A DNA stretch of 32,000 nucleotides from NCBI RefSeq assembly GCF_034497705.1, contig NZ_JAXRUV010000004.1, positions 138,958 to 170,957 of the forward strand, given 5' to 3'. The stretch is from Marinococcus luteus. GTDB taxonomy: Bacteria; Bacillota; Bacilli; Bacillales; Marinococcaceae. Of the stretch, positions 20,555 through 30,816 are shown in pieces; position 1 is the first letter of the stretch, and each line of letters begins with the position of its first letter. Under the pieces are notes generated by a model. It was not told the origin of the DNA and searched no databases. It saw only the letters and a program-made list of their open reading frames with translations. Both the position numbers and the translations under genes were made by a program.

Positions 20555-21976
20555 TTAACCATTCATAATTTTATCGTGCGGGTGGAGCGTATCGTCATAA
20601 ATTTCTGTAGGGTATTTGCCGGTAAAGCACGCGAGGCACTGACCGCAGTTCGGCTCGCTCTTATCCCGGCCGATGCCGTTCTGCAGGCCTTCAATGCTGA
20701 TAAACGACAGGGAATCCGCCCCCATCAGATCGCGCATTTCATCGACGGTATAGTTCGAAGCAATCAATTCTGCCTTCGTTGATGTATCTATTCCGTAAAA
20801 GCACGGGTGCGTAATCGGCGGTGACGTAATGCGTACGTGCACTTCGGTCGCTCCCGCTTCCTTGAGCATGCGGACGATCCGCTTGCTTGTCGTACCACGG
20901 ACGATCGAATCGTCTACCATGACCACCCTTTTGCCTTCTACAACTCCACGGACAGCAGACAGCTTCATCTTCACGCCCTGCTCCCGCAGCGCCTGTGACG
21001 GCTGAATGAATGTCCGGCCAACATACCGGTTTTTAATCAGTCCGAGTTCATACGGTGTGCCGGTAGCTTCGGCAAAGCCGATAGCAGCGGAAATCGAAGA
21101 GTCCGGCACCCCGGTCACTACGTCTGCTTCCACCGGCGCTTCTTTAGCCATTTCTTTGCCCAGATTTTTTCTCGCCGTATGCACATTAATATTATCCACA
21201 TTGGAATCCGGCCGGGCAAAGTAGACGTATTCCAGGCTGCAGATCGCCCGGGACGTAGAGGTTGAAAACAGCTCCGAGCGCATACCCGAGTCGTCAATGC
21301 TGACAATTTCTCCCGGCTGCATGTCCCGGACGTACTCAGCGCCGATCACGTCGAACGCACACGTCTCTGAAGCGACCACGTACGTGTCTCCAATTTTCCC
21401 GATCGTAAGCGGACGGAGCCCGTTCGGATCCATGGCGCAAAGCAGTTTGTCCTCGGTCATCACCGCAAAAGCATACGCCCCTTCAATATAGGACAGCGCA
21501 TCCTTCAGCTGATCCTCAAAGCGGTTTTCATTGCTTCTCTTAATCAAATGGGCGAGCACTTCAGTGTCCGAGGTGGATTGAAAAATGCTTCCTTTTCTCT
21601 CGAGCTCTTCTTTCACGTGGTTGGCGTTCACAAGATTTCCGTTATGCGCAATCGCAAGTCCTGTCGTCTGCGACTGAAAAAGCAGCGGCTGACAGTTGAC
21701 GAGACCACCGCCGCCTGCCGTAGCGTAGCGCACGTGCCCAACGGCTGAGCTTCCCTGCAGCTGTTCGAGATCTCCCTCTTTAAAGGCTTCGGTAATAAGA
21801 CCGAGTCCTTTGTGGCTCGACAGTTTATCGCCGTCGCTGACGACGATGCCTGCCCCTTCCTGCCCGCGGTGCTGCAGGCTGTGCAGCCCGTAATAGGTCA
21901 GCTGTGCCGCCTCCTCATGGTTCCAGACAGCAAACACACCACATTCTTCGTTTAAGCCTTTGATTTCACCAAGCAT
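20555..21976 (-). CDS. purF: Amidophosphoribosyltransferase
   Basis: 473 aa. The propeptide plus catalytic Cys segment [18 protein letters not shown] is nearly identical in pattern to B. subtilis PurF as recalled. Confidence 0.95.
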   Translation of the reverse strand: MLGEIKGLNEECGVFAVWNHEEAAQLTYYGLHSLQHRGQEGAGIVVSDGDKLSSHKGLGLITEAFKEGDLEQLQGSSAVGHVRYATAGGGGLVNCQPLLFQSQTTGLAIAHNGNLVNANHVKEELERKGSIFQSTSDTEVLAHLIKRSNENRFEDQLKDALSYIEGAYAFAVMTEDKLLCAMDPNGLRPLTIGKIGDTYVVASETCAFDVIGAEYVRDMQPGEIVSIDDSGMRSELFSTSTSRAICSLEYVYFARPDSNVDNINVHTARKNLGKEMAKEAPVEADVVTGVPDSSISAAIGFAEATGTPYELGLIKNRYVGRTFIQPSQALREQGVKMKLSAVRGVVEGKRVVMVDDSIVRGTTSKRIVRMLKEAGATEVHVRITSPPITHPCFYGIDTSTKAELIASNYTVDEMRDLMGADSLSFISIEGLQNGIGRDKSEPNCGQCLACFTGKYPTEIYDDTLHPHDKIMNG

Positions 21977-24180
21977 GGAATAGCTCCTTTCCAGGCGTTC
22001 TCCAACTCCTTGGCAGAAGCTTGAAGAATCGTCTCTCCCGATTCTTTGAGTAAGTGCAATGTTGCTTCTTCTGTCACTCTGCCGGCATATCTTGCGTCTG
22101 GTACTGTCTGTTCAAAAGCTTTCCGGTTTTCCGGTGTTACGGAAATCACATAGCGTGACTGCGTTTCAGCAAACAATTCATTGATAACTTCCCCGGCAAT
22201 GACTGCCTCCGCTCCGAGTCCGGTGCCAAACGTGCTTTCCGCAATTGCAACGGCAAGACCGCCTTCGGATACGTCATGCGCTGACTGAACCATTCCTTCC
22301 TGAATAGCCTTTAACACGTCGCGTTGTCTCCGGTACTCGGTGTCAAGATCAAGCTCCGGGGCCCGTCCGTCTATCGAACCGGTCTGCATTTCTTGAATCT
22401 CGCTGCCGCCGAAATCTTCTCCTGCTTCGCCGATAATATATACGGCATCTCCCGCCTGCTTAAATTCCTGGGTTGTAATATGGGCAAGCTCTTTAATCAG
22501 TCCGACCATGCCGACCACCGGCGTCGGATAAATCGCGCCGTTCTGCGTTTCGTTGTAGAGGGATACATTGCCGCCGATAACCGGTGTTTCAAGGGTTTTG
22601 CACGCTTCTGTCATTCCGTCAATCGACTTCTCAAACTGCCAGTATATTTCCGGTTTTTCCGGATTGCCGTAGTTCAGGCAGTCGGTCAGCCCGAGCGGGA
22701 GTCCGCCCGAGCAGATAATGTTCCGGGACGCTTCTGCGATAACGATTTTTCCGCCATGCTCCGGATCAAGGCCGAGATAACGCGCATTGCAGTCGGTCGT
22801 CATTGCAAGTGCCTTATCTTTGCCGCGCACCCGGAGCACTGCTGCATCTGAGCCGGGTTGAACGGCTGTGTTGGTGCGGACCATGTAATCGTACTGGTCA
22901 TACACCCATTCTTTGCTCGCGACCGTCGGCTGCTTCAACAGGTCCGTGAGCGTTTCTTTCGCGTCACTCACGTCGGGCCTCCACGCCTCCTGCTGCTGGC
23001 GCTTGCGGAACGCTTCCGGCTCCCGCGATTCGGGATAGTACACCGGTGCATCCTCGGCCAGCGCATCCACGGGAACGTCCGCTACCCGCTCACCACCGTG
23101 CCAGAGCACAAGACGCTGCTCATCGATGACACGGCCGATTTCCGCTGAATGAAGCCCCCAGCGGCTGCAGATATCATGAATTTCTTTTTCTTCTCCCTCT
23201 TTTACAACCAGTAGCATCCGCTCCTGGGACTCGGAGAGCATCATCTCATACGGGCTCATGTCAAGCTCACGCTGTGGTACCGTGTCAAGGTTCATCTCGA
23301 TGCCTGACCCTGCCTTGCTGGCCATTTCTGCTGAAGAAGAAGTCAGCCCTGCCGCTCCCATGTCCTGAATCCCGACAAGCGATTCACACTTCACGAGTTC
23401 GAGGCATGCTTCAAGCAGCAGCTTTTCCATAAATGGATCCCCCACCTGCACGGAAGGACGCTTGCTTTCCGATTCGTCGCTGATTTCTTCCGAAGCAAAA
23501 GTAGCTCCGTGGATACCGTCTTTACCAGTGCTAGCACCGACATAAATAACCGTATTTCCGGCCCCGCTTGCAATCCCCTTCTGAATATCCTTATGGTCAA
23601 TAAGCCCGACACACATTGCGTTGACGAGCGGGTTGCCTTCATAGCTCGGGTCAAACTGCACTTCGCCTCCGACCGTCGGCACGCCGATGCAGTTCCCGTA
23701 TCCGGCAATCCCGGCGACCACCTCTTCAAATAAATATTTCACCCGCGGCTTGACGAGCTCTCCGAAACGAAGCGAATTCATAATGGCAACCGGGCGGGCC
23801 CCCATTGAGAAGACGTCCCTTAGAATGCCGCCTACTCCGGTAGCTGCTCCCTGATAAGGCTCAATCGCTGATGGATGGTTGTGGCTTTCCATTTTAAACA
23901 CAACCGCCTGCCCGTCGCCGATGTCGATGATGCCGGCACCTTCCCCAGGCCCCTGCAGCACGCGCTCTCCCTCTGTCGGAAATTTTTTCAGCTGGGCTTT
24001 GGAATGCTTATAGCTGCAGTGCTCCGACCACATGACTGAAAACAGGCCGATTTCTGTATAGTTTGGCAGGCGTCCGAGAATTTTTTTAATCATTTCGAAT
24101 TCTTCGTCTTTAACGCCCATTTCCTGATAGACTTTTTCCTGTTCAATCTGTTCTGCGGAAGGCTCAAGTAGTAAGGACAT
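21952..24180 (-). CDS. purL: Phosphoribosylformylglycinamidine synthase subunit II
   Basis: 742 aa. It has the small-PurL architecture and overlaps purQ and purF at both ends, as in Bacillus. Confidence 0.95.
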   Translation of the reverse strand: MSLLLEPSAEQIEQEKVYQEMGVKDEEFEMIKKILGRLPNYTEIGLFSVMWSEHCSYKHSKAQLKKFPTEGERVLQGPGEGAGIIDIGDGQAVVFKMESHNHPSAIEPYQGAATGVGGILRDVFSMGARPVAIMNSLRFGELVKPRVKYLFEEVVAGIAGYGNCIGVPTVGGEVQFDPSYEGNPLVNAMCVGLIDHKDIQKGIASGAGNTVIYVGASTGKDGIHGATFASEEISDESESKRPSVQVGDPFMEKLLLEACLELVKCESLVGIQDMGAAGLTSSSAEMASKAGSGIEMNLDTVPQRELDMSPYEMMLSESQERMLLVVKEGEEKEIHDICSRWGLHSAEIGRVIDEQRLVLWHGGERVADVPVDALAEDAPVYYPESREPEAFRKRQQQEAWRPDVSDAKETLTDLLKQPTVASKEWVYDQYDYMVRTNTAVQPGSDAAVLRVRGKDKALAMTTDCNARYLGLDPEHGGKIVIAEASRNIICSGGLPLGLTDCLNYGNPEKPEIYWQFEKSIDGMTEACKTLETPVIGGNVSLYNETQNGAIYPTPVVGMVGLIKELAHITTQEFKQAGDAVYIIGEAGEDFGGSEIQEMQTGSIDGRAPELDLDTEYRRQRDVLKAIQEGMVQSAHDVSEGGLAVAIAESTFGTGLGAEAVIAGEVINELFAETQSRYVISVTPENRKAFEQTVPDARYAGRVTEEATLHLLKESGETILQASAKELENAWKGAIPCLVKSKA

Positions 24181-24847
24181 GGGATTTCCTCCATTGCTTC
24201 AATATTGACTGAAAGATTTTTAATCCGTCGTCACTGCCGAGAATCTGGTCGGTTGCTCGTTCCGGGTGGGGCATCATGCCCATCACATTGCCCTGCTTGT
24301 TTACAATGCCGGCAATTGCCTCTTTGGAACCATTAAAATTATCTTCATATGTGAACACAATCTGGTTGTTCGCCTGCAGATCCTTTAGGGTCTCGTCGTC
24401 GCAGTAGTAGTTTCCTTCGCCGTGGGCTACCGGAATCGTAATTCGCTCGTCCCTTGCATATTCGGAGGTAAAGCCGGTTTCATGATTCGCCACTGCGAGG
24501 CGGGCCGGGCGGCAGATGAACTTCAGCGACCGGTTCCTCTGCATGGCTCCCGGTAGCAGTCCGGCTTCAAGCAGCACCTGAAATCCGTTGCATACGCCGA
24601 GAACCGGCTTGCCTTTTTCCGCCTGCTCCACGACGCTCGCCATGACCGGGGCAAAACGGGCAATTGCTCCGGAACGAAGATAGTCTCCGTAGGAAAATCC
24701 ACCAGGCAGAAGAATACCGTCGTAATCCGCGACGCTTTCTTCGGTGTACCAGACTTTATCCACCGGTTCTCCGAGACCTTCCTGGATTGCATAATACATG
24801 TCGTCATCACAGTTGGACCCTGGAAACACGATCACCGCGAACCTCAT
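24164..24847 (-). CDS. purQ: Phosphoribosylformylglycinamidine synthase subunit I (glutaminase)
   Basis: 227 aa. It opens [14 protein letters not shown], has the catalytic GVCNGFQ and ends with the HPER motif. Confidence 0.95.
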   Translation of the reverse strand: MRFAVIVFPGSNCDDDMYYAIQEGLGEPVDKVWYTEESVADYDGILLPGGFSYGDYLRSGAIARFAPVMASVVEQAEKGKPVLGVCNGFQVLLEAGLLPGAMQRNRSLKFICRPARLAVANHETGFTSEYARDERITIPVAHGEGNYYCDDETLKDLQANNQIVFTYEDNFNGSKEAIAGIVNKQGNVMGMMPHPERATDQILGSDDGLKIFQSILKQWRKSHVLTT

Positions 24848-25095
24848 CAGGACACGCCCTTTCCGATCGTGTACGTGTAATCTTCAATCACCGGATTGGA
24901 CAGAAGCTTTTCGCACATTTCTTCGATCCGGGCTTCAAGGTTGTTTCCTTCCTCTACTTCGAGCTCAATATACTTACCGGTCTGGACAGATGCCACTTCA
25001 TGGTACCCCATTGTCTGCAGGGCATTTTCAATCGTACTTCCCTGCGGGTCAAGTACTCCCTCTTTTAATGTCACATACACTTGAACGTTAACCAT
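24847..25095 (-). CDS. purS: Phosphoribosylformylglycinamidine synthase subunit PurS
   Basis: 82 aa. The segment [21 protein letters not shown] is typical of PurS. It lies between purC and purQ. Confidence 0.9.
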   Translation of the reverse strand: MVNVQVYVTLKEGVLDPQGSTIENALQTMGYHEVASVQTGKYIELEVEEGNNLEARIEEMCEKLLSNPVIEDYTYTIGKGVS

Positions 25096-25807
25096 GTGCA
25101 GCTCCTCCTAATCGCTGTAAGATTTCGGTATAGCCTTCCTGAAGAGAACCAATTCCGTAACGGAACAAATCTTTATCAAACTTCTGGCGGGTTTCTTTAT
25201 CCCACAGCCGGCACGTATCCGGAGAAATTTCGTCGGACAGCAGCAGCTTCCCGTCCTCAGTCATGCCAAATTCAATCTTAAAATCCACAAGCAGCAGACC
25301 GTGGTCGGAAAAATGCTTCTTAAGCGTCTCATTCACGTGTTCGGCCATCTGCTTCATGTCCTTCACCTGCGACGGGGAAGCCGCCTGCAGCAGCCGGATA
25401 TGATCATCGTTAATCAACGGGTCCCCGAGCTCATCATCCTTGTAGTAGAATTCCACTACCGGCTGACCGGTTTCAGTGCCTTCCCCGATGCCGGTGCGGC
25501 GGTGAAGACTGCCGGCGATAATATTGCGTACTACGACCTCAAGAGGGATAATCGTCGTCTTCCTGACCGCCTGTTCGGTTTCAGAGAGCCGTTCCACGAA
25601 ATGGTTGTTTATGCCTTCTTCATGCAGCTTTTGAAACAGCAGGGAAGAAATTTCGTTATTCAGTTTGCCCTTCCCGACCAGCACTTCTTTTTTCTCCCCG
25701 TTAAACGCAGTGGCATCGTCTTTGTACTCTACCCAGAGCGTATTTTCCACGTCTGTTTCATACAGTTTTTTGGCTTTTCCTTCATACAATAGAGCGCGTT
25801 TTTCCAT
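25088..25807 (-). CDS. purC: SAICAR synthetase
   Basis: 239 aa. The sequence LYEGKAKKLYETD...IPLEVVVRN is typical of PurC. Confidence 0.95.
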   Translation of the reverse strand: MEKRALLYEGKAKKLYETDVENTLWVEYKDDATAFNGEKKEVLVGKGKLNNEISSLLFQKLHEEGINNHFVERLSETEQAVRKTTIIPLEVVVRNIIAGSLHRRTGIGEGTETGQPVVEFYYKDDELGDPLINDDHIRLLQAASPSQVKDMKQMAEHVNETLKKHFSDHGLLLVDFKIEFGMTEDGKLLLSDEISPDTCRLWDKETRQKFDKDLFRYGIGSLQEGYTEILQRLGGAAHG

Positions 25808-25836
25808 CGCAGGCTCCTCCTTTGGACTATCCCTTA

Positions 25837-27132
25837 TTATTCGATGCCGGCACGTGCGAAGATCGTATCGACTTCCTTCATGTGATGACGGTGGTCAAAG
25901 CATTCCTCGATTTCTTCACTGCTTAAAACATTTGTAATCGCCGGTTCATTTTCCACCAGCTCCCGGAACGGAATGCCTTTTTCCCAGGCCTCCATCGCTT
26001 TTGGCTGAACCGTGTCATATGCTTCCTCGCGCACCATGCCTTTGTTGATCAGCGTAAGCAGCACGCGCTGTGAGAAGACAAGACCGAGCGTTTTGTTCAT
26101 GTTTGCTTTCATATTATCCTCAAATACTGTCAGGTTTTTCACGATATTGCCAAAGCGGTTCAGCATGTAATTGAGCGCCGTGGTAGCGTCTGGAATAATA
26201 ATTCGTTCGGCCGATGAATGGGAAATATCACGTTCATGCCAAAGCGGCACATTTTCATAGGCGGTCAGCATATGGCCTCGGATCACTCTGGCCAGGCCGG
26301 TCATGTTTTCCGAGCCGATCGGATTGCGTTTATGCGGCATCGCTGATGACCCCTTCTGCCCTTTGGCGAAAAACTCTTCCACTTCCCGGGTTTCACTTTT
26401 TTGGAGACTGCGGATTTCAACTGCCATTTTTTCAATCGACGTAGCAATTAAAGCGAGGGTGCTCATGTAATCTGCATGACGGTCCCGCTGCAGCGTCTGC
26501 GTCGATACCGGCGCTGCCTGAAGGCCGAGTTTCCGGCAGACCGATTCTTCAATAGCCGGCGGGATGTTGGCAAACGTTCCCACTGCTCCCGACAGCTTCC
26601 CAACACGGATGCCCTCGGCCGCTGCGTCAAAGCGCTCGATATTTCGCTTCATTTCCTGATACCAGAGTGCAAGCTTAATTCCGAAGGTGGTGGGCTCTGC
26701 GTGTACCCCGTGGGTGCGCCCCATCATGATCGTATGCTTATGCTCTTTTGCTTTGTTTTTTAAAATTTCGAGAAACCGCTCCAGATCTGACCGCAAAATA
26801 TCGTTGGCCTGCTTAATCAGATAGGAAAGCGCCGTATCCACAACGTCGGTGGAGGTGAGGCCGTAATGAACCCATTTGCGCTCATCACCAAGAGTCTCCG
26901 ATACCGCCCGGGTGAATGCCACAACATCATGACGCGTTTCCTCTTCAATCTCCTGGATCCGTTCGATGCTAAAGGAAGCATTGTTTCTTATTTTTTTCAC
27001 ATCTTCCTTCGGGATGTCCCCAAGCTCCGACCAGGCTTCGCAGGCGCAGATTTCGACCTCGAGCCAGGCGTTAAAGCGGTTCTCTTCGGTCCAGATGGCA
27101 CCCATTTCCGGGCGTGTGTAACGATCGATCAT
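25837..27132 (-). CDS. purB: Adenylosuccinate lyase
   Basis: 431 aa. It opens [14 protein letters not shown] and carries the fumarate-lyase signature [11 protein letters not shown]. Confidence 0.95.
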   Translation of the reverse strand: MIDRYTRPEMGAIWTEENRFNAWLEVEICACEAWSELGDIPKEDVKKIRNNASFSIERIQEIEEETRHDVVAFTRAVSETLGDERKWVHYGLTSTDVVDTALSYLIKQANDILRSDLERFLEILKNKAKEHKHTIMMGRTHGVHAEPTTFGIKLALWYQEMKRNIERFDAAAEGIRVGKLSGAVGTFANIPPAIEESVCRKLGLQAAPVSTQTLQRDRHADYMSTLALIATSIEKMAVEIRSLQKSETREVEEFFAKGQKGSSAMPHKRNPIGSENMTGLARVIRGHMLTAYENVPLWHERDISHSSAERIIIPDATTALNYMLNRFGNIVKNLTVFEDNMKANMNKTLGLVFSQRVLLTLINKGMVREEAYDTVQPKAMEAWEKGIPFRELVENEPAITNVLSSEEIEECFDHRHHMKEVDTIFARAGIE

Positions 27133-27163
27133 AATCAGGTTCCTCCACTCTTCTCTTTAATAA

Positions 27164-28303
27164 TTATTTCTCTATGTACTGCTTCCAAACGTCCGTGGAC
27201 CGATCAAGCGCGTCCTGAAGATCCTCCCGGAGCACCGTCCAATGCCCCATTTTCCGGCCGGGCTTGGCTTCATCCTTGCCATACAGATGTACGTGGTCCT
27301 TGCTCCACTCTTCCATATGCGCAGTTACCGCCTTGACGTGTTCACCGAGAATGTTGGTCATAACCACCGGCTGCTTCAATCCGGCAGGTCCGAGCGGAAG
27401 ACCGCAGACAGCGCGGATGTGCTGTTCAAACTGGGAGGTTTCACACGCCTCAATCGTATAGTGACCTGAGTTGTGAGGCCGCGGCGCCACTTCGTTTACA
27501 TACACCCTATCATCTTCTGTGACAAACATTTCCACTGCCAGGGTACCGACAAGATCCACATGCTCGGCAAGCCGGTGGGCGATACGTATCGCTTCTTCAT
27601 TCACAAATCGAGAAATTCTTGCCGGTACAATTGTCTGGTGCAGAATGTTATTAACATGAATATTTTCCCCGACTGGAAAAACACCGGTCTCCCCGTGCAC
27701 GCTCCGGGTGACAATGCAGGAAATTTCTTTTTGGAAAGGAATCCACGCTTCAAGTACGAGCTCTTTACCGTCACTTCCCCCGAGGGTTTCAAACGCTGCT
27801 TCTGCATCCTCTTCTGCTTGTAACACCACCTGTCCTTTGCCGTCGTAACCGCCGCGGCACGTTTTCAGCACGCTTGGCACATCAATCTCTTTTACTGCTG
27901 CCGAAAGCTCTTCGCGGGAGGTCACCTGATGGTACGGAGCTACTTTAATATTTGCTGCTTCAATGGCCTTTTTTTCACGAAGGCGGTGCTGCGCCGTATG
28001 AAGCAGCTGGCTGCCCTGCGGAAGATAAAGGGTATTTTCCAGATGCCTGGCTGTGTCTGCGTCAATATTTTCAAATTCATAGGTTAATACGTCACACGCT
28101 TCTGCCATCCTGTCCGCCCCGGCACGGTCGTCATAAGCTGCTTCAATTTCAACATCTGCCACCTGTCCGGCGGGCGAGTCTGTTTTTGGCTCAAGCACGG
28201 CCACACGGTAGCCCATTGGCTTGGCCGCAAACGCCATCATCCGTCCGAGCTGTCCGCCTCCAAGTATTCCGATTGTCTGTCCCGGTTTCATTACTCTCCC
28301 CAT
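27164..28303 (-). CDS. purK: N5-carboxyaminoimidazole ribonucleotide synthase
   Basis: 379 aa. It has an ATP-grasp fold with [15 protein letters not shown] at 28303 has the SD AGGAG 7 nt upstream. An alternative ATG at 28291 overlaps the purE stop. Confidence 0.9.
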   Translation of the reverse strand: MGRVMKPGQTIGILGGGQLGRMMAFAAKPMGYRVAVLEPKTDSPAGQVADVEIEAAYDDRAGADRMAEACDVLTYEFENIDADTARHLENTLYLPQGSQLLHTAQHRLREKKAIEAANIKVAPYHQVTSREELSAAVKEIDVPSVLKTCRGGYDGKGQVVLQAEEDAEAAFETLGGSDGKELVLEAWIPFQKEISCIVTRSVHGETGVFPVGENIHVNNILHQTIVPARISRFVNEEAIRIAHRLAEHVDLVGTLAVEMFVTEDDRVYVNEVAPRPHNSGHYTIEACETSQFEQHIRAVCGLPLGPAGLKQPVVMTNILGEHVKAVTAHMEEWSKDHVHLYGKDEAKPGRKMGHWTVLREDLQDALDRSTDVWKQYIEK

Positions 28304-28785
28304 AATTCATCTCCTGACTGCATGACCTGCTCACGCATTTGCTCTCTACGCCGCTGCAGCTTACCTGCCAACGTTTCATCGAAGGCTGAAATCATTTGAG
28401 CGGCCAGAAGTCCGGCATTTGTCGCCCCGGATGTTCCTATGGCCATGGTTGCTACCGGCACGCCGCCGGGCATCTGCGCGATGGATAAAAGCGAGTCCCA
28501 TCCACTTAAAGCCTTGGACTGCACCGGCACCCCGATGACCGGCAGCGTCGTTTTCGCCGCTACCATACCCGGGAGATGAGCCGCTCCCCCGGCACCGGCA
28601 ATAATCACTTTTATTCCTCGTCCTCTTGCATCAGCTGCGTACTCAAACATATAATCCGGCGTCCGGTGGGCGGATACAATGTTCTTTTCAAACGGTACAC
28701 CGAGCTCATCGAGCACTTCGCATGCCTTCTGCATCGTTTCCCAGTCGGACCTACTGCCCATTACTACTCCTACCTGCGGTTCCAC
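28291..28785 (-). CDS. purE: N5-carboxyaminoimidazole ribonucleotide mutase
   Basis: 164 aa from GTG at 28785 ([18 protein letters not shown]), with the SD AAAGGGGTGG upstream. This parallels the recalled B. subtilis PurE N-terminus MQPLVGIIMGSTSDWETM. The ORF-track start at 28893 would read through the riboswitch leader. Confidence 0.9.
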   Translation of the reverse strand: MEPQVGVVMGSRSDWETMQKACEVLDELGVPFEKNIVSAHRTPDYMFEYAADARGRGIKVIIAGAGGAAHLPGMVAAKTTLPVIGVPVQSKALSGWDSLLSIAQMPGGVPVATMAIGTSGATNAGLLAAQMISAFDETLAGKLQRRREQMREQVMQSGDELWGE

Positions 28786-28973
28786 TTGCGCCACCCCTTT
28801 GCTTTTCCTCACTTGCTTTTTGACATAAAGAATCCCCGGTGCCAGATCCATCCCTAAAAAGGATAGTCTTCCGCACTCCGGGGAAGGTCTCATGAACGCA
28901 TAAGTTCTACTATAGAAGAAAAATTCAAGCCGAAGCTTCCACTATTTCAGACAAAGGCTTCGTTTGATCATTC

Positions 28974-29044
28974 TCCTCATAGTCCAGCAATTTACGGTTG
29001 CCGGGTAGAGACGCTCGAGCCTTATTCCCGAAAGTATATGAGGA
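28974..29044 (-). promoter_or_regulatory. Purine riboswitch aptamer, guanine/hypoxanthine class (C at the specificity position)
   Basis: The minus strand reads TCCTCATA-TAC-TTTCGGG-AATAAGG-CTCGAGC-GTCTCTAC-CCGGCAA-CCGTAAA-TTGCTGG-A-C-TATGAGGA. P1 is 8 bp. P2 and P3 each have a 7-nt loop. J2/3 is GUCUCUAC versus GUUUCUAC in xpt. L3 is CCGUAAA. The GACUAUG junction has C at the ligand-pairing position. Confidence 0.85.
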
Positions 29045-29079
29045 TTGTCATCGTTCTGCTTTTGTTGCTTGCATGTTTC

Positions 29080-29109
29080 AGCTTAACAAGTTGTTATATT
29101 ATCTGTCAA
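29080..29109 (-). promoter_or_regulatory. Candidate sigma-A promoter of the pur operon (-35 TTGACA, 18-nt spacer, -10 TAAGCT)
   Basis: A perfect -35 lies at 29104-29109 (minus strand). The -10 is weak, matching only at T1, A2 and T6. A start site here would lie about 30 nt upstream of the riboswitch P1. Confidence 0.3.
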
Positions 29110-29112
29110 TCA

Positions 29113-29156
29113 AAATTCGAACAATCAGAATAACAAAACCTCAAATGTTCGTTTAT
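29113..29156. promoter_or_regulatory. Pair of inverted PurBox-like sequences (candidate PurR operator)
   Basis: AAATTCGAACAAT lies at 29113-29125 on the plus strand and ATAAACGAACATT at 29156-29144 on the minus strand. Each matches 12 of 13 positions of the recalled B. subtilis PurBox AWWWCCGAACWWT. They are convergent and 18 nt apart, immediately upstream of the -35. Confidence 0.55.
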
Positions 29157-29353
29157 TTCTTTTTTGCTTCAAAGCTGATTTCCTGCCTCACAGGCACATA
29201 CTGCATCTCTCCGTTAATGGTCTGCTCTTCAAATATAGGCTTTTCCATTCTGCGTACCGGCATAAAACCTTCAGCCGCCATGCGGGCGAGGCAATCTTCC
29301 ACTGTTTCTTCTTCATGTACGTAAAACGTCTGTTTATTTTTCTTTTTTGCCAT
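29153..29353 (-). CDS. yebG: NETI-motif family small protein (YebG-like)
   Basis: 66 aa. The segment FYVHEEETVEDCLARMAAEGFMPVRRMEKPIFEE parallels the YebG/NETI family as recalled. Its position immediately upstream of purE matches B. subtilis. Confidence 0.7.
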   Translation of the reverse strand: MAKKKNKQTFYVHEEETVEDCLARMAAEGFMPVRRMEKPIFEEQTINGEMQYVPVRQEISFEAKKK

Positions 29354-29411
29354 TCTTGTCGCTGCTCCTTATTTCTTTACTTCTATGCTTTCAGTATAAC
29401 AGGTTCTTTCT

Positions 29412-29449
29412 AAAAAAAACGAACGAAGCAGAATTTCATTTCCCGCTTC
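29412..29449 (-). terminator. Rho-independent terminator after the M20 amidohydrolase gene
   Basis: On the minus strand GAAGCGG pairs with CTGCTTC (7 bp, one G.U pair, 11-nt loop), followed by GTTCG and T8. Confidence 0.5.
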
Positions 29450-29459
29450 ATCCGCTTAT

Positions 29460-30767
29460 TTATCGTCCGTTTTCTGTGCCTATCGTTCGTATGGTCTCTT
29501 TTAATACAGCAACCCCATTTACACAGTCCTTTAATTCAGTAAATTCCTCCGGCGTATGACTTTTGCCTTCAAAGCTCGGAACAAACAGAAGGCCGAAGGG
29601 CACGTAGGCTCCAAACATCATAGCGTCATGGCTAGCACCCGATACGAGGGATTCTGTAGCTAAGCCGATGCTCCGGGAGGCCTCCTCAATCGAACGCCGG
29701 ATCCATTCAGGGGCCGGCACTGGTTTTACCCTGAAGGCCACTTCATGAGAAACAGTAAGCCCGCGGCGAGCGGCTATTTTTTCTGCTTCGCTTCGCGCCA
29801 GGCTGATCATTTGATCCCGGACTTCCTCATCGAGGTCCCGGATATCTGCTGTCAGCCGGGCCTCTCCGGCAATTACGTTTGAACCGTTCGGCTCAAGAGA
29901 AAGCCTCCCTATGGTAGCTACTGCGGTGTCACTGTGCATAGCCGGAAGCTGCTCCAGATACAGAATAAATTCTGCTGCTGCAGCGGCTGCGTCTTTCCTT
30001 ATGTTCATCGGGGTATTACCGGCGTGGTCCGTTTCCCCCAAAAAATGAACGTCAAGCCAGGAAGGGCCGGCGATTCCTTCCACCACCCCTATACCCGCCT
30101 CCTGCTGTTCGAGCTGCTTTCCCTGCTCCACATGCAGCTCTAAATATGCGCGCAGCCGTTCACGCGGATAAATATTTTTCTCGGGCTTGTTCGGCGAATA
30201 ATCCATCAGCTTCATCGCCTCCGCCGCCGTCACTCCCTCATCATCACGCATTTGAAAAAAATCATCCTTCGAGATATCGCCAACGGCCGCCCGGCTTCCG
30301 AGCATCCCGCTCCCAAAACGTGCCCCTTCCTCATCGACAAAAACAGCAATTTCTATTGAACAATCCAGTTCGGCTCCTTCTGCCTTCAATGCTTCTACGG
30401 CCATCAGGCTCGATACACAGCCGAGAGCTCCGTCAAAAGCACCACCGTTTTTCACAGTGTCGAGATGAGATCCAGTAAGGATAATCGGGGCTCCGGCACG
30501 GCCTGACTCCCACAGTCCGTAAATGTTTCCTACACCGTCTTCCCGCACACTCAGGCCCGCTTCCTCCATCCAGGAACGAAAAAGATTTTTTGCCTGCTGC
30601 TCCTCTTCTGTATAAACATAACGTGTAATGCCACCCTCTTCCGTACGGCCAATAGCCGCCAGTTCTTCCAGGCGGCTCGCCAAAACCTCGGGATCAATCG
30701 ACGGAAAGCCCCTGCTTTCCTCAATCGTCTGGAGGAGGCGCTCCCTGCTGAATCCCTTGTTACCCAA
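29460..30767 (-). CDS. M20-family Zn-dependent amidohydrolase (allantoate amidohydrolase / N-carbamoyl-L-amino-acid hydrolase type)
   Basis: 435 aa from a TTG start at 30767, with the SD AAGGAG 10 nt upstream. The motifs GSHLDTVKNGGAFDGALG and FVDEEGARFG are typical of the AmaB/AllC subgroup. The substrate cannot be assigned from sequence alone. Confidence 0.8.
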   Translation of the reverse strand: MGNKGFSRERLLQTIEESRGFPSIDPEVLASRLEELAAIGRTEEGGITRYVYTEEEQQAKNLFRSWMEEAGLSVREDGVGNIYGLWESGRAGAPIILTGSHLDTVKNGGAFDGALGCVSSLMAVEALKAEGAELDCSIEIAVFVDEEGARFGSGMLGSRAAVGDISKDDFFQMRDDEGVTAAEAMKLMDYSPNKPEKNIYPRERLRAYLELHVEQGKQLEQQEAGIGVVEGIAGPSWLDVHFLGETDHAGNTPMNIRKDAAAAAAEFILYLEQLPAMHSDTAVATIGRLSLEPNGSNVIAGEARLTADIRDLDEEVRDQMISLARSEAEKIAARRGLTVSHEVAFRVKPVPAPEWIRRSIEEASRSIGLATESLVSGASHDAMMFGAYVPFGLLFVPSFEGKSHTPEEFTELKDCVNGVAVLKETIRTIGTENGR

Positions 30768-30816
30768 AGCAACATCACTCCTTCTTTTCTTTTAGACTAA
30801 CACACCGACAAAGACG

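Noticed and set aside
28786-28893. An N-terminal 36-codon extension of purE in the ORF track (200-aa version).
   Set aside because: The extension reads through the riboswitch expression platform and has no SD. GTG at 28785 has AAAGGGGTGG upstream and restores the conserved PurE N-terminus.
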